64,000 bases of DNA from Paraspadella gotoi (lineage: Eukaryota > Animalia > Chaetognatha), in assembly GCA_051294375.1 (NCBI GenBank), contig CM119264.1, positions 26,063,011 through 26,127,010 of the forward strand, in the 5' to 3' direction. Shown here in pieces: positions 27,101 to 54,687 of the stretch. The notes under the pieces are model-generated. The model made no database searches. It saw only the letters and a list, made by a program, of their open reading frames with translations, and had not been told where the DNA came from. The position numbers and the translations under genes were made by a program. How positions within the stretch are numbered: the first letter of the stretch is position 1; each line of letters starts with the position of its first letter.

Positions 27101-27630
27101 ACTCCGTAGAGAATACCGTCACCACAACCGCCACCGACGCCCGTGACGAGGACGCCGCCATGCCCGCCGCCGCCAACGGCACCTCACTGCAGCCTCCTCC
27201 ATTGGCATCGCAATCGCTAGCGCCATCGACGCCGATAATTCGCGTCGCCGGCGCCCTCTTTGCGAACTCTCTACCACGCCAGGCGGCGCCGCCCTTCCGA
27301 CTGGCCACCCCCCGACCCCCAACGCGACGCGCGTCGCGAGGAAAGTGTCGCCGGAATCAGACACATGGACGCCGGTCGGCGGAGGAAAGGAATGGAGGCG
27401 GTTTGGGAGGTGAGAGGGGAGAAGGGAGAGGAGAGGGAGAGAGAGAGGGGGAGGGAGGAGGAGGAGAGAAGAAAATGAGAAAGCGAAAAAGGGATGGGAT
27501 AAAAAAGACAGTAAAGGCAAAGGTTGAATTAAAAAAAAAAAAAAAATACTAGTATAATTTAGTAAAAAAAAGAAAGAAAAAAAAAAGGAGTATGGAAAAT
27601 AAAGCTCAAAAGATTAGAGTAGACAAGAGA
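23975..27630. repeat. Large inverted duplication (arms ~23975-25213 and ~26400-27630) with a GC-rich (GCC)n core
   Basis: CTTGTCTACTCTAAC.. at 23981 matches the reverse complement of ..GATTAGAGTAGACAAG at ~27625. The MESNSSSLELFMSTS ORF appears on + at 25044 and on - at 26565. The spacer contains three N gaps. Confidence 0.9.
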
Positions 27631-27674
27631 GGAGAGAGAGAAGAGAAGAAAGAGGGAGTAATGAGAGAGCAGAC

Positions 27675-27705
<31 letters not shown>

Positions 27706-27720
27706 AGAGAAGAGAGAGAG

Positions 27721-27766
<46 letters not shown>

Positions 27767-27769
27767 AGA

Positions 27770-28255
27770 AAATATAAGACAAGATAGGTGACATATTTCC
27801 ATAACTATAATGACCAAACTGAGAAATGATAATCACATTCTGAGCACAAAATTGACAATAACTACTAATAGAATGGTATTTAGAGGAGTTATACTGCGGC
27901 TCGAGTTTATCGTTAACAAAATACAATCAATTTTTTTTTAATTCTTCGGCGAAATCTTATGCAATTTCGGCGAATATCGAACCATACTTTACCGGATAAC
28001 CATAATTTAATACGAGAATATAATTGTTGTTGAAAGCGTGATGTTTTACTTTCTCTTTGCGGTTGTTTGTTGTTGCTGCTCGTTGTTTGTTGGCTGCTGT
28101 TGTTGTTGCTGCTGCCTGTTGGACTCGATCTTTATCTCTGCCCTCTCTTCAGAGTTTCTCTTTGCGACGGAATCTCTGCCGCTTAATTCCAGTTTAGTTG
28201 CGGAGAGATTAGAAACACGTCACGAAGGGAAATTAAACGAAACGAGAGAGAAAGA
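27770..28255 (+). repeat. Dispersed repeat bounded by (AG)n tracts, copy B
   Basis: Colinear with 21111-21660 apart from small indels. Confidence 0.8.
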
Positions 28256-28259
28256 GAAG

Positions 28260-28330
<71 letters not shown>

Positions 28331-29859
28331 AGAGAGAGAGAGAGAAGAAAGGAGAGAGAGAGAGAAAGGAGAAAAAGAGAGAAAGGAGAGATAGGAGAGA
28401 GAAGAGAGAGAGAGAGAAGAGAGAGAGAAGAGAGAGAGAGAGAGAGGAAGAGAGAGAGAAGAGAGAGAGAGAGAAGAGAGGAGGCGTGTATGCGGGAAAA
28501 GGGTCATCATCGCTCCATTATGCGGGAGGATAATTTCCATCGATGGTCGCTCGACGATAATAAATGCGTCGTGACCCGAAGAAAATGGAGAAAAAGAGGA
28601 GGAGGAATAAAAAGAGGAGGGAGGGAAGAAAAGGAGGAAGGGGAGAAGAAAAGGAGGAAGATGGGGGAGAGGAAGGAAGAAAAGGAAAGGGAAGAAAAGG
28701 AGGAAAGAGGAGAGGAGGGAGAGAGGAAGAAAGAGAGGGAGAGAGGAAGAAAAGGGGAGAAAGAGAAAAAAGGGAGGAGAGGAGGAAGAAAGGGAGGAAG
28801 GGAGGAAGAAAGGGAGGAACGAAGGAAGAAAGAGAGGGAGGGAGGAATAAAGGGAGGGAGGGATGAATAAAGGGAGGGAGGGAGGAAGAAACGGAGGGAG
28901 GGAGAAGAAAGAGAGGGAGCGAGGAAGAAAGGGAGGAGAGAAGAGCTAAGGGAATCAGAGAGAGAAGAAGAGATAGAGGAAGCAAAGGTATCATCTCTCA
29001 GTCGCTTATCATCATAAACGAGTTTAACAATATGAAATATTAGATATGAAAAAAAGAGAAAAAATAAAAACAGGATGGAAAATTTCTTGATTCGCCCGCG
29101 CAAAATTTTTCAACGAGCGTCGCCCTTCATTATTCTCAAATTGTCGAAAGATAATTGCCTTTTCTTTTTGCCTCTCCTTTCCCCTTTTTTTTCAGTTACC
29201 TTTCGCCTCGCACTAACTTTTTCCCCTTTTTTTTGCTCCCTCAATATACACGCAATGCCCTTTTTTACCTTTTGTGACTTCGTTTCTAATATCTTCTTAT
29301 ATCTTATTACCCTATATTTATCTTCTTTTTTGATAAGCCAGATATTTATCATATTTTCAAAATAAGTCGTGAAAATTTAAATTTTGACAAAAAAGAAAAA
29401 TATAAACTTATATTTTTATATAAATTTTATATATCAGTTAATGGTCCCATTGTTGTCATTCTTAATTAAATTTTTTTTTTTAATTGATGGAATATAACTT
29501 CAAGTTTCGATCGTACGAATATTTTTCTTACACTATTTTCTCGCTTTACTCGCCCAACTTATCATCTACAAACTCCTCTACCACTCACCGCACCGTTCGC
29601 CAAACCACCAAACCACCCACCAACCACTCCATTTTCCATCCTCTACCACCAAACATCACCCATCACCTTTATCATCGCGAAAATGACAAGTTTTTCCCCG
29701 TCAAATTTTCTGCTCAATAATCCGTTTTTTTTCTTTTTTTTTCTCTTCCATTTTTTATTTCTAATGAATTTTATTCGCCCAAGTGACAAGCAGGACCCAG
29801 ATTTCTGACTTTCTCTCTCTCCCTCTCTCTCTTCCTCTCTCTCTCTCTCTCTCTCCTCT

Positions 29860-29892
<33 letters not shown>

Positions 29893-30329
29893 CTTTCTTT
29901 CTTCTCATCTGAGGGAAACGAGAAATTGCTCTCCGTTGTCGTTGTCGTTGTTGTGGTTAATCACGTTTTAATTTTCACATTAATTCCGGTTTCTCGCTTT
30001 GCTGTTCCGTGATCTTGTGTCAGTCGTTCTCACGCGTGTCACCTTCGAATCGCCACTTATACTATAATTATTTTCGACTGAGCCATTCTGTCATCTCCAT
30101 TGGCTCATTATGGTTCTTGACATTGTTTTCATTATCGTCATAATCAATGCCTTAACCCCAATGACCTGCTTCCCGCCGTCAGCGACATTGACAACAACAA
30201 CAAGGCGAAGATCCTGCTTACGACGACAACGACGATGACGACGAAGACGACGACCGAGACGATTACGTCGACAGATAATCGAAATTAATTCGCTTTTTTT
30301 CTTCTCTTTTCGCTCCTTCGGTCGGCGTG

Positions 30330-30445
<116 letters not shown>

Positions 30446-31049
30446 CTTCCGTCACATATCTATCGCCTGATTATCTCAAACTCCCCGTTGAAATCTCCTC
30501 GTTTCTATTCCGTCTTTTCTCAGATTTTTTTTCTCCCTCCGGTTCTCAATCGTCTCCTTTTGACTCCTCTCCCCGGCACTTCCGCTCCACTAGAGCCCTT
30601 CTTTGCTCCTTTTTCCTACTCTCACTCGACTCCTTCAATACTTAACCTTTTTTTGAAGTAATAACTGCAAATGATAATAATAATTTGCAATCTAATGACC
30701 CTTTCTCTTTCAACAATTCAACAATTTATTGTCAGCAAAATCAGAAATATTTTCTTTAACCTCAAAATGAATTTCTGGCAATGCGTCTTCAAATTTTCTT
30801 TTTTGATTATTTATTAACAATATTTTGTTTCCGCCATTGTAAGCTCGAGCACACCCTACCTAAATCAACCGCATGTTTTTTTTTCTCCACTCTCTCCACC
30901 CTCACTAATCCGCCACGTGTCCCCACCCCTGTTTCTCTAAAAATCCCCACGCGACCTCAGCGCCCATAGATCAATTCCACGACGAGAAAAAAACGAACTA
31001 AAAGTCGAAGATAAACAAAACAAAAGACAATCGTAAATTTATTTTATTT

Positions 31050-31081
<32 letters not shown>

Positions 31082-31697
31082 ACTCTCTCTCTTCCTTCTC
31101 TCTCTCTCTCTCTCTCTCATCTCCTTCTCTCATCTTCGTCTTCTCTCTCTTTTATATTCCTTTAGATGGGCAAGGAATAAGGGTTTGGCGAAATGAGTTG
31201 AAAAATTAAGAAATGAGAAGAAGTTGAAAAACATACAATAGTGTAGATGTGGAAATGTTGTATCCGATTGTAGACTCAACAAACAGGAAAAAAAAGAAGA
31301 CAAGAAAGAAGAAAGAAAGAAAGAAAGAAAGGAAAGAGAAAGAAAGAAAGAAAGAAAGAGAAGATAAAAGAAAAGAAAAGAAAGAAAGAAAGAAGAAAGA
31401 AAAAAGGCAAAAAAAAAATTAAAAAAATATAGAGATAGAAAGACAGAATTCAAAAATTCAGAAACCAAACAAAACCAAAAGCGGAACAAAAATAGAGACT
31501 TAAATTTTTGCTCCCGCAGAAAAAAAGGGCCTTTTTTTACAATTTCTTGGTCACTGTTTAACTACCTAAAAACTACACCCGTAAAAACTAGAAATTGCCC
31601 ATATTCTTTTTTTCTCGCTCACGACACTCCTTGCCTCCCGCCTCTCTCACTCGCTCTCTTCTCTCACTCTCTTCTCTCTCTCTTCTCTCTCTTCTCG

Positions 31698-31728
<31 letters not shown>

Positions 31729-33146
31729 TCTCTGTCTCGCTAACACGAGAGAGAAAACGAGTTTGGATTTTAGTAGTTTTTTGGGGAGGGTGTTAGGTCC
31801 TCTCCTCTCTCCTCTCTTTCCTTAATTTTTCCGCGTTTCTGGCGGAACCCAGAAAAAGAACAAGGAAAAAGTATTTAAAAAAAAAAAAAAGAAAAAAAAA
31901 ACCTCCCGAGATTCAGATTTTTTTTCTCTTCCCCCTCCCTCTCTCCTCTTCTCTTGGGTTCCGCGGATGTAACTTGTCGGACGGGCCGAAATCCCCGGAA
32001 GTAACCGAAATCGTTAGGTTCGAGTAGGAGCAAAGAATCCAGAGCCAAGTGGGTATTTAACGTCAGACGCTTTTCGAGTTATTTTTCTGAGCGCGACTGC
32101 GAAGGACCGGATGGCGCTGCTTGGCGGGGAGGGTAGGGTGAGGGGATAGAGGGTAAGGACAAGGTGAGGGGGGGAGGACAAGGAAAGGATTATGTAGGGA
32201 AATTGGGGAAAAGGGGAGAGGGCAAGGAGATTAGAGGGCCAAAGGCATCAACGAGGAAAATAAAAAGTCATTTGCTTTTTACCGCGAATGATCGTCGGGG
32301 AAAAAAAAAGGTTCTTGGGCCCCCCCCCCCAAGAAAAAAATGGCGGAGAAAAGTAGATTGACCTTAGGAGAAAAGAAAGAAGAGGGAGGGGGAAGATGAG
32401 GAGGTGGAAAGAATGAGGAAGGTGTAAGTAACTATAAGTAGGGGCAAAAAATATATCGTGATATGATATCTATAATATATATACAGTTATGATATTTTTC
32501 GGATTTTTTCATAATCATTTTTTTTAGGGTTTTAGCCAGACTTTCAGGCGTTTAAACGTTAATGGAAACAATCTTTAACAAATACGTTATATTGATAATT
32601 GTGTTAAAATATAATTTTATCATCCTCGGGTAATTAGAAAATTAAAACTGTTATTTTACTATAAAGCAAAAAATGGATTCTGACTGCAAGGAAAGTTATA
32701 CAAAAAAATTAAAAGAAAAATTCTAATTTTTTTAAAATTTGAATTTTTACTCACTAATGAAAAATGAAAAGTGCTAAAATTGATGATGATTTTTGAAGTA
32801 TTTTTGACCGACATCTCGATATTTTCTATCTATAAATAAGTTTTCAAAAGTTGTTCCCGAGAGAATAGAGTCATTTTTGAAGGTTCCAAAATGAAAGTAT
32901 TGAGCCACCCCTTCGACAAATTTAAGCCCTATTTTAGTGGGAAAATTAAAATGAAATATTTTTAATTTCTCAATGAATATATTTAGTTTTGCCAAACAAA
33001 AATCCAAAAGACAAATACTGGTACTATTTTTTTTTTAGTAACTAAATCCCATTCCAATTTTCTCTGTATCCTTTTTTTCTTTCGGGGTTCGTTCACGAAG
33101 TACCAATTTTTATAGTCTGGCTCGGCAGGGCACCGTCGCCTAAGAC

Positions 33147-33209
<63 letters not shown>

Positions 33210-33711
33210 CAGAGAGAGAGAGAAAGAGAGAGAGAGGGGTCACACGGTAAACTCGCCTTGTTACGAGAATAAACCAGTAATTAATTGTGTGACTAATCTA
33301 AAAATCTAAAAAGGAATGAACTCAGAATACTCTTTTTTGTGAGTTACTTCAGTGATGCTTTTATATGTACATTTTTTAAAATCTAAAACAAAAACTAAAT
33401 CGTAGAACAAATATTTAACAAATTATTCACAATCTTTCGCCCGATTGATGAATAAATCTTCAACCCGCGCAACAACCTATGCTTAAGTAGAATTCCTCAT
33501 TGTTTAAAAACGACCTCAAAAAAATAGAAAAAAGAAAAGAAAAAAAAAGCTGACTCGAAATACAAAACAAAAATAAAAACAAAATAAAACAAATGAACAC
33601 GATGAAATCAATTGAAAACGCATGAGAGAAGAAAATCTTCTCATTTGCTCATTTAAACCCCAAAAAACTCCTCAGCCTAAAAAAAAAAAACCCCGCACGA
33701 CTTCAGCAACC

Positions 33712-35041
33712 ATGCGGGGCCATGTCTCCAGCCTCGTCTGGGGCGTTCTCTTCAACATCTTCTACGTGACCCTCGTCAGCAGCAGCTCCACCATTTTCCG
33801 AGTCACGGGTCCGCTGTCCACGCCCGTCGCCTTCGTCTTTCTCTTCGTCGGGGAAGCGCTGAGCACCCTGCCCCTCGTTCCCTTCGCCGCGCGGAATTGG
33901 ACGGTGACGCGTCCGTCCCGCGCGTACCTCGTCCTCGGTCTCTTTATCGACTTGAACTTATCGCCTGGCGAATCGGGCGCGGCCAATATGCCGCTGGGTG
34001 GGTGATGTGGGAGAGATTTCTTTAAATTATGGAAATGTGACATATACCAAGGCTACATTTGCTTTGATGATCCATTGACCCAGTTTGTAACTTTATGCCC
34101 TTCAAAACCTCTGTTAAAAAAGAAATTAGAACAAAGCAACAAAAAAGATCTCAGATTTAGATATTTCCGATAAAACGGCAGATAAGTTAGAACTTCGTGT
34201 CCTGTATTTTAGTAATTATTTTTTTTATATATATCTTTTAATTTCACACCCTTCCTCCTTTCCCTCGTTCAATTCTCCGCCAGGCCCCTTCGCCGCCATC
34301 TCCGACTGCGGATTCCTCTTCGCTCCAGCTCTGACCGGCCTCCTCCTGCGTCGCTGCGTCGGCTACGTCGACGTCTGCGGCGTCGTCGCCGCGATGATCG
34401 GTCTGCTGCTGACGACGCATCCGCCCTTTCTCTTCGCCGAGCCCGTCTCCGCCCCCGCTTGGGCCTACGCCTGCGCCGCCTACAACGGACTGAACGCCCT
34501 TCTCTACCCTTACTGCTTCGGCGCTACCGCCGACGAACACTGGTCCAACTTTCTCGCCATTCGTCTCGCGCCCAGTTTCGCCGTCGCCGCTGGATGCTTC
34601 GCCCTCGCCGGGCCGAAGGCGATCGTCGCCGCCGAGCCGACGGCCGCGATGGGCGTGGCTTTCGTCGGCTTGCTGTCCACGGTCTACCGACTGGCGCAGC
34701 AAGTCGGCTGCTACGAGTTGGAAGAGTTCGACGCGGGTCTCGCTGGACTCATGAGCAACGTCGTCATGAGCGGCAACATTCCCACGACCACTTTGATGGC
34801 CGTGGGCTTTTTTCACGAGAGAGTCTCCACGTCGGAGGGCGTGGGCATCGCTGTGGTCTTTACGGCGATCCTTGTGGTCGCCGTTGCCAAGGGGGTGGAG
34901 AAGAAGAGAGAGGAGGAGGAGAAGGGGGAGAAGGAAAAGTTGGAGGAGGAGAGGGAGGAGGAGGAGGAGGAGGAGGAAGAAAAGGATGGAGAGAAGAAAG
35001 GAGAGAGAAAAAATGAGGAGGAAATGAAGATTTTAAAGTAA
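33712..35041 (+). CDS. EamA/DMT-superfamily transporter, SLC35G-like (2 coding exons: 33712-33997, 34284-35041)
   Basis: A phase-1 GT..AG intron joins MRGHVSSLVWGVLF...ANMPLG to PFAAISDCGFLFAPALTGLLL...MIGLLLTTHPPFLF...FFHERVSTSEGVGIAVVFTAILVV in frame. There are about 10 hydrophobic segments, and the MPLG, PPFLF and FxE...G patterns are typical of SLC35G/EamA proteins. The C-terminus is Glu/Lys-rich. Confidence 0.78.
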
Positions 35042-35790
35042 AGGGAAAACTTATTTATTGTAATCGTATGAGGCTCAAATTGAAAAAAAAAATGTCGATT
35101 CGTATCCAATTTTTTGCCAATTAACCTTAATTAAAATCACGCATTATATTTCGGAACTTTAACCAACATTTGATTATTTCTTTTAAAAGTTACCCGCAGC
35201 GATATGGTTATAATTAAACAAGGAGTTTCCAACAGATGTTTTAAGATTTTGGTCAAATATTAAAAAAATACAAACAAACAAAAAAAATAAAGGGCGTTGG
35301 AAAAAAAAAGCGAATATATAACAATTAAAAATTATAATCCCAACATCTGTAAATCCAGGACGAAATTTTTTACTCAAGTTCTTTTTTCTTTTTTTTTGGG
35401 CATTGTTGGAAGTAATGTTTTTAGTTGTTGTCGTTGTTCTCCTTTTCTCGACTTGAAAACGAGGCTTGTAAAGATTCTGGCTTAAATCGCGGCTTCTTTG
35501 AGAAAACATTTGAGCCGAACAGGATTCTTGATTAATGTTTCCTCCTACCTTCCTTTGACTTTGTTTTGTAAACAGAATTTGATGCAGAGAGAGAGAGAGA
35601 GAGAGAGGAGAGAAGAGGAGAGAGAGAGAGAGAGAGAGAAGCGAGAGAGAGAAGAATCAATGAAGGAGAGGGAGAGCCCGGCGGAAATGGGAGGGAAGCA
35701 GGGAGGAAGGAAGACTGAGAGAGCGAGAGGGGATAGACAGAAAGATAGAAAAACAAAGACAGAATAACAATGGAATGCTAAAAAAAGAAT

Positions 35791-35792
35791 GA

Positions 35793-35856
<64 letters not shown>

Positions 35857-35857
35857 G

Positions 35858-35919
<62 letters not shown>
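35791..35919. repeat. (GAAA)n microsatellite
   Basis: Near-perfect tetranucleotide run. Confidence 0.95.
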
Positions 35920-35921
<2 letters not shown>

Positions 35922-37673
35922 CGAAAGAGGAAATAAGTACTGGCAAACAAAGTGAGATTCTAAAAGAAAATAATCCTCATCAAATCTAAAGTTGATTCCC
36001 TTTTCTTCCTTCGCTCCGACGACGTCGACGACGACGACGACGAAGAAAACGACAACGACGACGACGACGACAATAACGCCGACGACGACAATAACGCCGA
36101 CGACGTCGAATACGACGACGACGTCGAAAACGCCGACGACCCGAAACGATTTGACTTCATTACAACGAAAACCGTTGGAGGAAACATCATCAACTTCTTT
36201 ATCATAATAACCGAGGTAATTCACTCTTTTTTTTTCACCGCTTTAAGCGTTGCTTTTTTTTTTCTCTCTCTCAAATTTGTCAAGAGAAAATTTGCAAAGC
36301 AATTAAGAAAGAGAAGGCGAAGGAGAGGGTGAGTAAGGGTAAGGGTAAGGAGAGATGGAGTCGTTTAAAAGCTTTTTGCGTTGTCGCTTATTTATTTTTA
36401 CATAGCTAAAAATATTTCTTTTTTGATGCGGTAAAGGTTTTACGTAAATGATTGTTCGGTGCATGGAGACGAGTTGTAGGAAACAATGCTGCAATCAGCT
36501 AATTAGCTAAATAATGAATTCTAGAAAAATTAACACTTGATGAAATGGTAAACAGTAAATGGCTCCTACAAACATTATTTTTTAATGTTTTTACAATATT
36601 TTTGACTCAAAACATAATATGACATAATTGGACAGGAAATAAAGAAAATTTCGAAAATTCGACCTTTCGATATTTTTGTCCTTTTGTCTCTATTTCTATC
36701 GTCTTTTTATTATCAAATTTAGTAAATAAAAAGAATGAAAGTTTCGTCGTCTTCAGTGTCGCTTTAACTTTATTTACATATACAAACAAACAAGCATTAA
36801 CACACTTACACATACACAAGCACGCATTGCTATTGCCGCTTTTCGGTTTTCAAAATAAATAAAAAAATAAAAATAAAAACTCGAAGTTGAAATTTTAAAT
36901 AGCTTATTACATTCTACGTTCTACATTCTTTTATTTTTTTACAATTTTTTAAAAAAGAAAACACAAAACAAATTAATTGTGAATCGGGATAATGAATAAA
37001 CGAGCGAGCGTTAACAACGACAACGACAACAAAGGAAAAGAAGATGAAGACGACGACGATAATTTTGGTCTCCGTTTTTTCTCTTCTTCTTCACGACGGA
37101 TTCTCGGATGTCAATCCTTTGAAGCATCTTGACTTACCCCTTGAGAACATTACCTGTCAACATTGCGACTTGGCTCAAAACCAAATCATGTGACGTTGTC
37201 TACACATGTGAGAACTATATCTATAATTCCCTCATTTCTTTTTATTTTCTCATTTCGTAGTTTATTTCAAAAATTACATTTTCGCTGAATTGAGAAATTT
37301 GAGAATTTATAGATTAATATATCATGTTTTTTTTTCGTTTGCAACACTTTAAGACGGCATGAATTTATATAATTCCAGTTATAATAAAAACGGATTCAGT
37401 ATTTCTATTCAAATCTGAATAAATATTCAGACGTTCACCAAGTGACGTCGCAATGTGCCACAATCGGGGATTGTATTGCAAATTGCCCAAGCAATCATTT
37501 TTGAACCTGCTGTCCAAATGGTTGGGTAAGTTTTCCGTTTTAATTATACTAGAGCATTTCTTTTTATAATCCCTGAACATTAAACCGTAGCAAAAATATT
37601 AAAAGCGAGTAGAATCAAAATTCGAATAGTAGATATATTAAAAATTTTTAAAAAAATTTCTCAATTTTTGCAT

Positions 37674-37910
37674 ACGCCCATATTTATGCATAGTACTTAC
37701 CATAGAAAATGTTAAAATTTTAAGATAAATTTTTCTTATTTTTGAAAGCAGATTCAAATTCCTCACAAAAAGTGAAAGAATTTTTGATTAAGACTTATAT
37801 TTTCTATTATCAAATTTTTATGAGAAATTCGAATCTGCTTTCAAAACTAAAAAAAAATATTTTAAAATTTTGACATTATTATGGTACGTACTATGTATAA
37901 ATATGTTCGT
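37674..37910. mobile_element. Hairpin MITE-like element (~95 bp imperfect inverted arms)
   Basis: CATATTTATGCATAGTACTTACCATAG...TTTTGAAAGCAGATTCAAATTCCTCA pairs with TGAGAAATTCGAATCTGCTTTCAAAA...ATGGTACGTACTATGTATAAATATG. Confidence 0.7.
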
Positions 37911-37989
37911 TAGTACAAGACTGTTCATGAACAACTATTCAAATTTATTTAACTTTGATATTTTTATTTTTGAAATATTTAATCCAATC

Positions 37990-38205
37990 TTCTAATCTTT
38001 AAACCCTAACCTAATCTGTAATACTAATCCTTTATTCCAGTCGCTAATCCTTAATCCTACTCCCTAACCTTATTTCGTAACATTAAACCCTAATGGATAA
38101 CCCTAATTGTTTACCAAAAATCTTATTAAATCCTTAACCTAATTGCTAATCCTAATCCTAATTCCCTAACTCAATTCCTGTCCACGACGCATACCCTAAT
38201 CTTAG
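37990..38205. repeat. Degenerate CCCTAA/CCTAAT (telomere-like) repeat tract
   Basis: Many CCCTAA, CCTAAT and CTAATCC words, e.g. AAACCCTAACCTAATC and GCTAATCCTAATCCTAATTCCCTAAC. Confidence 0.55.
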
Positions 38206-39161
38206 GGTGCTTTCGGAGAAGATGTCCAAACTTTTGCGGGGCTTCTTCGGCATTTATTAAGCTTATTTTCTCTTTCCAGACTTTTTCGTACGTCTTTGAA
38301 TGCATCTTATTCTGGACTCAGAGTATGAAAAATTGGCGAGTTCTTCATTGCGTCCTCGGAACGCAGCCCATTGATATCTGTCTCGGGATTTCGAATGGCG
38401 TGGTCGTCCAGTCCTCCATCGTCTTCGTTGGTTTCATTGTGGCAAGCGGCGCCTTTTTCTGGCGACGGTGATGTCATTGCCACTTGCGACATCTTCAGCA
38501 CCATCGCGAGCGTCCTCGTTGCCAGCGTCGTTGTCGCCTTGAACGTCGCCGATGGCGGCGCTACCATCGTCCATCCAACTTCGACAACGTCGCCTATGCG
38601 ACCGATGCGATCATCGGCAACGACGAAGACGAACTTTCAGTCCGCAACGTCGACGGAGAAGAGCTCGTCGTCGCCGTGGTCGTCGTCGTCGTCGTCGCCG
38701 TGGTCGTCGTCGTCCTCGTCGCCGTCGCTCATAACGTTTGGGAAATCGCCAGAATCTTTGGCAGAAAAAAAATGATTTTGTGTGAACCAATGATAATCTC
38801 CGTGAAATGAATCTCACAATTATCGACTTCAAATTTCAGTGATCAAGAAAAGGACAAATATTACAAATAATTTAACAAGATTGACAGAACGTAGTTTTAG
38901 TAAAGTGACAGTTTTCAGATTGATAAGTGAGATTATGATTCGAATCAGAAGCCGTTCGGGAAATCGACCTTCAATATTTCGTAGCTTAAATTTTTTTTTT
39001 CAATAAAAAAAAATACAAAAATTAGCCAAGTAGTAGATTTTTACTTTTTACTTTTATTAGACTACTTAAGTTACAGTTAATTTAACTGCCAAATTAAAAA
39101 AAATACATGTTAATGACTTCAACTACAACAGATTTCCTTCGCTCCAGCGGGCGGCGACAAA

Positions 39162-54687
<15,526 letters not shown>

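Noticed and set aside
34244-34816. 190-aa minus-strand ORF
   Set aside because: It is the antisense shadow of the GC-rich transporter exon 2.
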